Below are positions 1 through 10,039 of a DNA stretch of 20,000 bases, piece after piece (within the stretch, counting starts at the first letter, position 1; each line of letters starts with the position of its first letter). Under the pieces are notes generated by a model that did no database searches, had not been told where the DNA came from, and worked only from the letters and a program-made list of their open reading frames with translations. The position numbers and the translations under genes were made by a program. Origin of the DNA: Coniocarpon cinnabarinum (lineage: Eukaryota); the NCBI GenBank assembly GCA_051942205.1, contig JAVECO010000116.1, positions 54,116-74,115 of the forward strand. Reading direction: 5' to 3'.

Positions 1-653
1 TTGTGTGTATTATGACGTTTGTACTCGCTACTTTTGGTTGTATTTACAAGAGCACTTAAGCGTAGATACGAACTTGTATCTTAATGTAGTTGAATTGAGG
101 GAAAGGGTTGCGATGCAATGATGCTTAGCAGCTGGCATAAAAATTGCCTTGTGGGGCAATTATTGGACATCTGAGCTTACCAAGAAAGGTTAGTGGCGGG
201 TGCCGGGCAGTGGAGGGGATGGTTTTGGCTCTTGCTCGGCCGCACTGAAGACTTTGGGACAGCTTTCTGTGGTATAAACAAGTCGAATACAACTGGCCTT
301 CTCATTTCGCGCACTTTTCGAAATTCTGTCTGCACGGACCGCCCACTTACTCGAGCTCAGATGCTCGACTTCTATTCTTTGTCATTTCGATAATTATCTA
401 AATTCGCGGAAAGTCCAGAAACTTGCAGTACAGCAACGTCGCTCTTCATGTTAACATTGGCGGTCGTGAGCACTTCGAATTCCCGAGGAAAATTGGTCTT
501 CGCTCAGATAAAAGCCCCTCTTCAGCTAAGAGATGGCTATGGCTACGGTTAGCGCTCTGCGCTTAGCTGTTTCCACCTTGCACGCAATTAGGATCAGTTT
601 GCGCAAACGCCCTTTGTAACAATTGTCGCAGACTGGCGTTTGCACCGTTGATT

Positions 654-2063
654 ATGGAAAACATTCCACTGTCTCATCAAATGGCAGAGGTCGCGTCATC
701 CCGAAAGACAAAGGAAATCGCAAAGCTCTCCACCTCGCCAACGACCAAAAGACGAAAGCAAGAGCCACCAACTGCATTTTGGGACAATCTCTCGCGTCTC
801 TGGCTTACTCCTCAAGCACTTCGTGAATTTGATCGCCGGACGCGCGAACACACTGGTCAGCAACAGCTACCCTGTGGTATAGAGGCTACTTGTGTACCAA
901 GCTTGAAGCGGTTTGCAAGACACGGCGGGCCCGATCTTTCATTCATTCGAGGAGTAAGTGTCGCGAAGCTCAACGATCCTGCTCTATACTGACCATTTCA
1001 GCATCCAATGCCGAAGTCGCGTACGCTCCAGTCAGCGAGCTTAGGGCGATCTCGTAAAAGGACAAGAGACGACAGCGGAGCATCAACTTTGGAGAGCAAG
1101 ACTTCGAAATCAAGGAGAACTACTGCATACGATCCTAATTTTGAGCAAAATTTGAGAGACCATGGCATACTAATGGAGAGTCGCCCACAAAAGCCTCTGA
1201 ACACTAAAGACTTGAACCAAGAACTTGGACGACAGAGACGATCGCTGTCCCCTTCACGCTTCCCTGATACAGGCTTTGAAACATTTCAAGAAAGAAACAA
1301 CGAAGTCCATACTGAAGCGGATGTAATGAGGAATGTGTTTCCTTTAATAGTAGGCGACTGTGACATCCCATCTTCTGGAAACATGGAATTCAATAATTTG
1401 GCTCCACTTACCGACGGTACAATCGCCACAGACAAGCCCGATTACTACGAAGGGTCACGCCCGGAAGATATAGAGAAGCATATTAGGGGTGAGTTGAGCG
1501 AGTACATCATCCCATCTACCGATACGACCCGCCCCTGCCTACCTAATTTCTTTACAGAGGTAAAGGGACCGGACGGTAGCGGAAAAGTTCTAAAGCGACA
1601 GGCCTGCTACGCTGGGGCCATAGGGGCCCGCGCGATGCACGAGCTACGTTTGTACGTCAACAAAGCGACGGCCTTAGATAGCAATGCATATACAATGACC
1701 TGGGCTTTCGATAGTAGCACCGGTACGCTCAATGTTTACACGACACACCCTGTTGCGTCTGAGGTCCCAGACAGACACGTCGATTACCAAATGACGCAGC
1801 TGCAAGGCTGGGCTTTGACGGGCAATATTGACAGCTTCCGACAAGGTGTATCGTATTTCCGCAATGCGCGCGACTGGGCACGAGCGCGCAGGAGAGAGCT
1901 CATCGATGCAGCGAACGACAAGCACGTGGCTGAGCTACAAGTCTATATCCCCACCGAAGAGCATTTCACAGACGAGCAAACATCTGACGAGATATCCCAA
2001 GGATCAGAGACGTCGCGCGGCGAGCTCGCCAGTCCTTCTTTCAAGTCTCGTCTCAATGACTAA
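654..2063 (+). CDS. Fungal PD-(D/E)xK nuclease-like hypothetical protein (DUF7924-like), 2 exons (654-953, 1002-2063), ~453 aa
   Basis: ORFs 648..992 and 1008..2063 are joined in frame by a 48-nt intron at 954-1001 (GTAAGT...TACTGAC...CAG). The N-terminal motifs AFWDNLSRLWLT..ALREFDRR and LKRFARHGGPDL, and the core motifs KPDYYEG...LPNFFTEVKGPDGS...QACYAGAIGARAMHEL, are typical of a widespread fungal family. PD...EVK suggests a restriction-endonuclease-like fold. The family name is from recall. Confidence 0.85.
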
Positions 2064-2536
2064 ACGCTTCGGATGGATCAGTCTTGGACATCGAAGCATA
2101 ACGGTGGCTGTAGCTCTTGCTAGCACTAAAGATTGGTAGAATCTTTGCACGTACGCACAATACTATGTCACCTTACCTACTCGCACAATGTTTGCTGATC
2201 GTCTCCTTATTACAACCTTGCTGCGCAAGTTCGGAACATTACTTCAGTCAATAGAAATGGGAATAGTGTTACGATTAAAGCTGAAAAACAACGCTTTGGC
2301 TAGTCTACATCTATACATCATCCATGCGGATCAACCTGCACGAGAGTAGAGAACGGACGATAGTTGTCACGAGCCACATCACTACGCAGGGACGGACGTT
2401 AATATTTCAATGCCCAGAGTGCTCGCGCTACACTGCTTTTCCTTTTGGTGTTTAGGCTCCAAGTCTGTCAGTCCCCTGGTGTCCCTGCTCCCAGCACCGC
2501 GGACTCCACCATTCGCAACACATCTACATCAAGCCC

Positions 2537-3286
2537 TCAACGTCGCGCTGTCACACTCAGATGAAGCGGTGTGTACTGTTCAAATGCGACTCTATTACAC
2601 TCTCTACTAAGATCCTCCTAGTCTAAAATTATATTAGGTGGCCTCGTATATCTATCCATGGTACGTATAGAAGATTACTAAGGTCGTCGGCGAGAGTAGA
2701 CGTAGCTATTATTAGAGCAATGTGTGTGTATGCGGGTTTCGAAGTAGCGATCTATGATAATGACGGGAAGAGCTTCGGCGCCCTCGAGTCGTTGGATGAA
2801 AGCGGCCCTGCGCGATGGTCGCCACTGAGGGTGGGTGGTGGGCAACACCAAGTCGACAAAAGGCCTTTGCTGCACTTGTGCTGGCCTTCCGTCCTCGCCG
2901 ACCGCAGACACCGTATCCTCCAAGGGCTGACTCGGCGTTGTTAAAACAAGGTGGTCGTGCAGACGAAGCAACCGTGGCAGAAGTTAGGTCGTCTCTAGGT
3001 TTGTGGGGCCACAATAGTAGGGGGTGCATCGAGCGACGCCGTGAGGGAAGTCTCGATTAAAATTTAAGAAAATCCTCCTACGTAGATGCCTTGTTCTATA
3101 CTGAGCTCGCCTAACTACGTTTTTCTTGCGTCGTAACCGCTATGCAACCGGGCGTAGGTCTAAGCACCTTAACGGTATATTAAAGTCTCTTAGATAGGTC
3201 TTAGAAATAGTGTGTTCTATCTATAGTGCTAGCAATTTACCTAGCTATTTACAAAGGTGGTGTTTAGCCGTCGAAAATAACTACAG
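2537..3286 (-). pseudogene. RIP-like mutated reading-frame relic of unknown product
   Basis: One minus frame, containing ORF 2678..2971, runs ~250 codons with 8 internal stops. All are TAG/TAA (at 2618, 2675, 2678, 2984, 3140, 3221, 3245, 3281) and none is TGA. Segments 2590-2720 and 2980-3290 are TpA-rich, with many CTA/TTA Leu codons, as expected from C>T/G>A RIP. Confidence 0.55.
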
Positions 3287-3707
3287 TCAAGTGGCAGAAC
3301 CTTCTAGACACTCACCGTGAAAGAGGTCCGCGTCAGGGTCCCAACGCAACCAGCAGAGACCCTGCTTCTCCCCATTCCAAAGTTCTATGCTTACCTGTAG
3401 GGCACAGACGAAACTGGTAATCCAACTCTAACAAGCCGGCAATCAGGTGTCGCAACATGACTGTTGTCGACCCAGGAAAGGTTATCTCGCTCATGTCGTG
3501 CAGTCGCTTGATGTTCAGGCCTAGGCCTGTGCTGCTGAGAGTGATGTCAAGACCGGGAAGGAGCTGCGCGCCTGTCAGCATCACGAGACGACGACCACCA
3601 CCACGTGCATGGGCTGTCCTGACGCATATAGGTTTCATACCTTCCGGAATGCCGCCAGATTCCACGCAGAGACAGTAATGCTGAGCACGCATAGGCTAGG
3701 CTGCACC

Positions 3708-5037
3708 CTACTTCTTGCTGTCTCGTTGTTCTTTTCGCTTCTTCGCTTCAGCAGCTCTCCGCGCCTCTTTTTCGCGGTCTCGCCTTCGTCTGTCTTCCTC
3801 GGCTTGCGGATGCCGCTTCTCCTCTGCGTAACGTAAGCAGCCGTTGGCTGTCAGAGGAGGACGAAGGTCACGGGATCAAAACTCACTTGTCGAAGCGCCA
3901 GACCAGATGGAGGTACTCGAGCCGCCCAAGGTCATCGCAAATTGTGACGCCATTCTGAGTATGTGCTGCTCCTGAAGGAACTTGAAACATAGCGCCACGT
4001 CGAAAGGCACGTCACCTCTGATGACCTGGAAGTTGACATCGTAGGAGCGCGTGGTTGACGAGAAACCGCTATCATTGAAGTACCACCTCACCCGCATCAG
4101 GCCTAAAACTTCCAGCGGTTGGCCATTGGCAACAATTGGTGGTTCTGCGTATTCCGCAGTAGCTGCCTCCATTGGTCGGCCAGTGTCCAGGGCAATTCTT
4201 TCGGCCATCAAGTTGTGACCAGTATTACCTGTGTCGAGCAGTGCACGTACTTGCACCGGTGATGTTGCCACATCGTCCCGGTAGACCGCAATATTCAGCA
4301 CATTGCGCAGTGGAGGCTCGTCAGGGTCGGGATCTGTGTCTGACAGAGTGCTCTGGTCATCCTGATCTGAGCTCTCATCACCTACTACCTATTCGAGATC
4401 AGTGGCCGTTAGCGACGAGCATCCCTCAACGCTATGTCACACTCACATGAGAGCCTTCGTCAACAAATAGCTCATTCGAGTCTACGTCGTCACGAGCAAG
4501 AAATGCACTGAACTGTCTCACAAACGTGTGTGCACCTGGGTATCGCGAGGATGCTGTGTTGCTTCGCGTAGGAGGGGGAAAGCAAACGTCCGGCGAGTCG
4601 CCATCGATCTCACCATCTTGCGCAGTGTGGAAAGAGTCACGCGAGATGATAGTCACGCTGCATCCCACGGACTGACGTTTCGACTGTGACTCACTGTCGA
4701 TCAAGCACTGAATCGGAGACCGGAGTGTGTCATCGTGGACATTTCTGCTTGGGCGAGGGGCTTCTCTGACGAGCCTTGATTCATTTTCGTAGATGGTTCT
4801 AAATTCCTCGCCACCGCCTATAGCAGCTGACGTGGTGGCGACGTTGAATATGGCATTAGAGAGGACGTACTCGGACGTGTTGCTATTAGTAGAACTCGAG
4901 CTGGGGGAGCGGACGCGTCCAACCACGCGTTCGCGGAAATGTTCGAACTTCTCCCGAATTGGCGACGGTCCACGTAATCGCGAAGTGTTGGCTGGGATGG
5001 AGGAGGGCGCGAGCCGAGAATCCGCTTGGAAGGCCAT
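3708..5037 (-). CDS. Stand-alone retropepsin-like (retroviral-type) aspartyl protease domain protein, 3 exons (5037-4447, 4388-3887, 3823-3708), ~402 aa
   Basis: Introns 4446-4389 (GTGAGT...GCTAAC...TAG) and 3886-3824 (GTGAGT...CTGAC...CAG) join ORFs 4432..5037 and 3876..4301 plus a short last exon in frame. It has the catalytic motif VRALLDTG, a flap-like IVANGQPLEVLG and a C-terminal FDVALCFKFL. The N-terminal ~225 aa are Ser/Arg-rich and likely disordered; the C-tail is charged (EEDRRRRDREKEARRAAEAKKRKEQRDSKK*). Confidence 0.8.
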
Positions 5038-5747
5038 GGGTGAGTGCTGGACAAATGCCGCGCCCTGGCCAATGGGACCCGGACAAACCCTGCCCGGAGT
5101 TTTGGATATGGATACAGGGCCAAGGGGCTGCGTTTACTCAAACAGACTGCAAGCCGAGATGCCAAACAAAGACCGCTGGTCAGGAGGTAGCGAGTCTCGA
5201 AAATGAAAAGTCAAAAGGGAAGAGAGAGGGCCACGAGCGAACGGCCACCGGCCTCACGTCTCGTCCTGATGTCCAGAGGGGGCAGACCGCGGGGCTGTGG
5301 CTTATGTGAAGCTAACCCGTATCATACCTAGCGGTTGCCTTGCACCGCCGCACTCGCCGTCAGCAATGCCCTTCTGTGAGGCTCAGATGTGCTCGGGCGA
5401 GGCAGATGATGGGCAATTAAGCTTCGAGTGATGGCGTTGTTGCTGGACTGAGCCGCGTGCCCTGATTGGAAGAGACAAGACTCAGCTCGTGCCTTGCCAC
5501 TCGTCCGCATAGTCAGACGCCTGGGCAAAGCGGTTTTTTCAAAGCCGGACTTGTAACATCGTCTAAGCCTTTCTAATTCCTCCTGGGCGAAGGTCGATTG
5601 GTCCGCGGAAGCTCGAGAGTAGTCTGAGCCTTCGGTCCCGGATCGCGTGGGAGTCAGCTTGTCGCACGCGCACTCTTGCCTCTGGCGTATGCCGCCGGAC
5701 ATCGCCGTCTTTCGTGACAGTATTTGAACGTCCTGTCTTCCGTCGCC

Positions 5748-6989
5748 ATGTCGGACGCGCATCATGACGAGTCCAGTAGCGAGGTGGAGAACATTGAAAG
5801 TGTTTCAGAGTCTGGAGAGAAGGTCAGAATGGGGAACTATCAGAAGCTCTCAGACTTCATGGGCACCTCACCCACTATGTCCATGTTCCGCCGCTTTACT
5901 TCTTTGAATGTACAAAATCTTCTCTTCCTGCAAGCCGAACTAGCATACCTCGAGGGTGAGTGGAATTGCTGCTTCCAACGCAGCTTCATGACCGATGCTG
6001 CTATCTGTCTCTTTGAGCACTCACGTGATTGATTGCTTGCTGACTGTTGGCATCCAGATGAGCTAGAGTCCATACGCCAAGAGGAGCAAGGCTCAGACGA
6101 CGAACTCTCAGAGAAAAGAACGCGCGATTCACTGCAATCTTTCTCATCTTTGAAGGAAATCTCCGAAGATGGGAGTCACTCCTTGCAATACGAGACCATC
6201 TTGAAGATTAGGGAAAAGTTGAACGAATACAGTGAGTATGCCCCGGTCCTTTCACGACCTGAGCAATTCAAATGATACTGATTGTTTGTGAGACGAGGCA
6301 CTTGTAAAATATCACAACGTTTGTGAGCTTCATCATCCTTCGAAACATGACTGGAATGCCCTTTGCCACTGGTATCATCACCCACGCGGTGGGGACCAAT
6401 TCCTCAGAGACGTCGAGGGTGACGCGTATAATGGTGAAGTCATTCCCATTCATGATCTCGTCGCGATGAGCGGGTCTCATCGTGAACGAGACGCTTTTAC
6501 CATGTTCTTAATGGACACTGTAATTCATTGGTGGGACTGCGTGCGTCGATACTTTCGCGGAGTAAGCCTATCAACATGAAATAGCTTCAGGATCTTGCTA
6601 ACACGTCTAAGGGCGAAAGCAGTGTGAGTCTCGATATCGAAAATGCGGACATGGTCCGCCATGATCCGAGCAAGCTCGACGCTTTCGCACGTCTCTGCGC
6701 AACACTTGTGGCCAGTCTTCTTCCTCCACTTTCTATATTTGTACTTTACTTTGTGCCACGACAAGTCGACCGTCTGGGCATTATTTTGGCCTTCTCCGCC
6801 TTGTTTGCTTTCACCTTAGCTCTGTTTTCGCGAGCAAGACCTGGTGAAATCTTCGCCGCTACAGCTGCGTGAGCATTTTGTGGTCACAGCTTCAATAAGC
6901 TCCCCTGCTAACACGGCCGGTGCAGATTCGCTTCAGTCCAAGTCGTCTTCATCGGAACTAATGGCCCGCAAGCCTTGTCCGCTGGATAG
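5748..6989 (+). CDS. DUF6594-family membrane protein, 5 exons (5748-5955, 6058-6231, 6293-6561, 6612-6868, 6926-6989), ~323 aa
   Basis: Family-typical motifs are spread over the exons: YQKLSDFM..MFRRFTSLNVQNLLFLQAELAYLE, IREKLNEYNEALVKY, DLVAM, and C-terminal hydrophobic helices ending EIFAATAAFASVQVVFIG. All four introns have GT donors and CTRAY branch points and give one continuous frame. Confidence 0.9.
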
Positions 6990-7284
6990 TATACAGTCTT
7001 AAAGGGCAATGTTGGCAGTATACGAGCCATCAACCACGAACCTCATCCCTCTTCTGTGGGGCGCTCCCACCGCGAGCCCCCAAGAGCAACGAGCTACCTC
7101 TCTAGGCAGGATCCTTCTTCAGGCCTGCCCTGCAAAGCAAAGTCACCTCGTGTGACTTGCCGGGAGAGCTAAACCATTGGTCTTTGGGGATAGCGTTGGG
7201 GGTGGCACACGGACTGCGGGATGAAATTTGTGGCTGATGGCTCGTATGCTGCTAATATTGCCTTTCAAGACTGTATACTATCCA
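6983..7284. repeat. Inverted-repeat element with 67-bp arms (6983-7049 / 7218-7284) and a 168-bp spacer; MITE-like or fold-back 3' UTR
   Basis: The left arm TGGATAGTATACAGTCTTAAAGGGCAATG...CATCCC matches the reverse complement of the right arm at 58/67 positions. All 9 differences are transitions. No clear target-site duplication. Confidence 0.9.
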
Positions 7285-7885
7285 CACGGGATGAAGCAAG
7301 ATTGTCGTGTAGAAACGATTTTGAGGCGACTCAATAACTCTGACAACAAAATCCTGTCACGGTCATTGCGAAGCTCACACAATCAGTGCCAAAGCGGTAC
7401 GCCCATTGGAAAGAGAGGAGACTACGCCAACAGCCACGCGCCCGGCTCGCACACAGAAATGTTGACGATGGCTGGCTGATAATGGTGGTGATGGAGCTGC
7501 GTAAGAAACCATCAGCGTCGAGGGGCTGCGGGCATGGCTGAAGCGAGGCGGCGGCCTGACCAAAGAAGCCTGGCTGTAACAGACATGCGGCGAGAGAGTC
7601 GGTGCAAGTATCCATCTGCTCGAGCTATGGGCCTGGGGGATGTAGAAGTAGGCTGGGGTGAGAATTAATAGTACATAGTACCACGGTACTTAATTTACCG
7701 ACTTAGCCTAGACGCTCCGCCTGGCGCTAATGCGAGCACGCGAGGCAGATCGGCGCCAAAACTTTACCTCCACAGGTACCTTGACGTTTGCCTGACGCAG
7801 CGCTCTTCACTCTTCGCGTTCGTAAAGCTTCTTCTTCTGTTGAGCTTTTGTTCATGTCTCGTGCTTGTGTTGTCACCCCGCAAAC

Positions 7886-9403
7886 ATGGACTCGTCGGAG
7901 ACCGAAGTCGATGTTGGTCAGCTAACAGAGGACCAACAATCTGCCCTGGACCAATTCACCGCCGTCACCGCCCAGGACTTCGCTGCTGCAATTCCACTCC
8001 TGCGAAAGTGCCAGTGGAACGTGCAGATAGCCATCGCGCGTTTCTTCGATGGCGAGCCAGAACCTGAACCTGAACCTGTAGCGCCGCCGCCACAGCCCTC
8101 TCGGCGGCAGGAAACCCTTGCGCATGGCTTCAACGACGTCAGACACCGCCCACGTCCGCGACTCGAGCCTGCGCCTCGAGTTGTTGGCCAGCCGGAAAAC
8201 CACATGAGCCCACGTCCTCCGCTCCTTCTTTCAGCCATCCTCACTCCTTTCAATATTGCTCTTGGACTTGTATCCAGGCTGTTTGGCATCTTCACGTATT
8301 TTTTCCCACCGCTCGCCAATGTCCTTGCGCAACTCGCCAGGAGACCTCCCTCGACTCTGCATCGATCAACGTCGCGCAGGAATCCTCTTAGCCCATACGA
8401 AACCGCCGTACGATTTCAACGAGAATTTACGCAGGCCTATGGCGAGCACCCACTCCCCCTCATGGAATGTTCGTATGCTCGCGCGTATGACATGGCAAAA
8501 GCAGATTTCAAATTTCTACTGGTGATTCCCTTGTCGCCGGAACATGCCGATACAGACGGTTTCGTTCGCAGCATTCTCCTCTCGGAAGCCACGGTCGATT
8601 TTCTCACTAATGCGGACAACAATGTTTACCTTTGGGTGGGCTCAGTGGCAGATTCAGAGCCATACCAAGTTGCGAGCGTTTTGACGATCACGGAATTTCC
8701 ATCAGCTGTACTAATTGCTAACACGGGCTCCTCATCCTCCCCATCAATGTCTGTTGTTGCACGCGTGCTCCGACCACGAACCGCGCAAGAGCTTGTACAA
8801 ACCTTACAAGCAGCAGAGACTCAACATGCCGACACGCTGGCTCAATCGAGAGCCTCGAGATCCGAGCAACAAGCAACAAGAACGTTAAGAGACGAACAGA
8901 ACTCGGCATACGAGCGAAGTCTGGCAGCAGATCGCGAGAAGGCGCGCGCGAAAAGAGCAGCTGAAGAGGAGAAGAGACAGCAACTGCAAGCAGAACAAAC
9001 GGCGAAGCAACGTGCAGAGCAGCATGCCCGAGACTTTGCCGCCTGGAAAGCGTGGCGGGCATCTGTACTGCCCCTTGAACCTCCGCAGGGCACGAAAGAC
9101 TCTGTCAGAACGAGCATCCGCCTATTAGATGGAGAGAAGGTCACGCGGCGCTTTGGTGCTGAAGCCTCTCTTGAAGATGTCTATGCATTTGTGGAGTGTT
9201 TCCAAGAGGTTCAGCAGCAACATGATGAGCCCTCAAATGAAAAGCCGATCACAAAGCCCGACGGGTTTCGGCATCGGTATGGATTTCAATTGGTGTCTCC
9301 AATGCCTCGAGAAGTGTATGATCTAGCAAGTGGTGGCACGGCTGCATCCAGACTTGGACGCAGTGCCAACCTCATTGCAGAAAGGATTGAGGAAGAAGAC
9401 TAG
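7886..9403 (+). CDS. UBX domain protein of FAF2/UBXD8/Ucp10 type (UBA-like, membrane hairpin, UAS, coiled coil, UBX), ~505 aa, intronless; Cdc48/p97 adaptor
   Basis: UBA-like ALDQFTAVT..AIPLLRKCQWNVQIAIARFFD; hydrophobic stretch LLLSAILTPF..FTYFFP; UAS-like SYARAYDMAKADFKFLLVIPLSPEH; coiled coil LRDEQNSAYERSLAADREK; UBX VRTSIRLLDGEKVTRRF..LEDVYAFVE..LVSPMPR. The first ATG is at 7886. Confidence 0.93.
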   Translation: MDSSETEVDVGQLTEDQQSALDQFTAVTAQDFAAAIPLLRKCQWNVQIAIARFFDGEPEPEPEPVAPPPQPSRRQETLAHGFNDVRHRPRPRLEPAPRVVGQPENHMSPRPPLLLSAILTPFNIALGLVSRLFGIFTYFFPPLANVLAQLARRPPSTLHRSTSRRNPLSPYETAVRFQREFTQAYGEHPLPLMECSYARAYDMAKADFKFLLVIPLSPEHADTDGFVRSILLSEATVDFLTNADNNVYLWVGSVADSEPYQVASVLTITEFPSAVLIANTGSSSSPSMSVVARVLRPRTAQELVQTLQAAETQHADTLAQSRASRSEQQATRTLRDEQNSAYERSLAADREKARAKRAAEEEKRQQLQAEQTAKQRAEQHARDFAAWKAWRASVLPLEPPQGTKDSVRTSIRLLDGEKVTRRFGAEASLEDVYAFVECFQEVQQQHDEPSNEKPITKPDGFRHRYGFQLVSPMPREVYDLASGGTAASRLGRSANLIAERIEEED

Positions 9404-10039
9404 CATAGTATACGAAAGGCAAGCGTCCTTAAGGAGCCGCTTCTGCAGCATATAGATGAATGAGATGTACGATAATGACATTGAGCAAGCTTAGCGATTC
9501 GGCTGAGTTGCTTCTTGGATTGTGTGAAGAAATTCAGCAAGTCTGGAGTCTTGTCCTGCATCCTGGGATGATGGCCTCGTCAAGCTCGTTTCTAGTGTTT
9601 TGAATCACGTGCTTGCGCGCTATGTCGGCTATCGATGAAACGACTTCCGACCTGACTACATGCAGAACTTTCCGTCTCATCCCTGAGGCGCCCTTGATGC
9701 CCACCACCATCGCAATCTCTGAGATCACCAATAAAGACCACGATTTTACAGCGTGCAGCTGTATCAGACCGAAACGGCCTTTCATGGAAGCGACCCTTGC
9801 CCTGCCTCGAACCAACGCTTTGCCTCGAGGGCCCCTCTCCAACGTCAGCAGCATCCCTCGACCCCCTATTGGCACTGATCTCGTCGCGGGTGCGCTTCTC
9901 TTGAAATCAATTTTTGGTCGAACCACGGACTCGGTCGCGTTGGTGGCGCGGATCTGGTTACATTCTTTAGCTGTTGTTATACATTCTTGGAAGCCCCTTG
10001 CCTTCTTTTTGCATTGTGAAAATCTTTCCTCTTGCCAAA

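Noticed and set aside
3876..4301. LTR retrotransposon pol protease
   Set aside because: The domain sits in a spliced three-exon gene, with no gag, RT, RNase H, integrase or LTRs in the window.
4793..5765. Several 116-145-aa ORFs in and around the divergent promoter
   Set aside because: They are antisense or overlapping shadows of GC-rich sequence with no protein-like features.
7331..7615. 94-aa minus ORF divergent from the UBX gene
   Set aside because: No motif or convincing gene structure; it cannot be supported from sequence alone.
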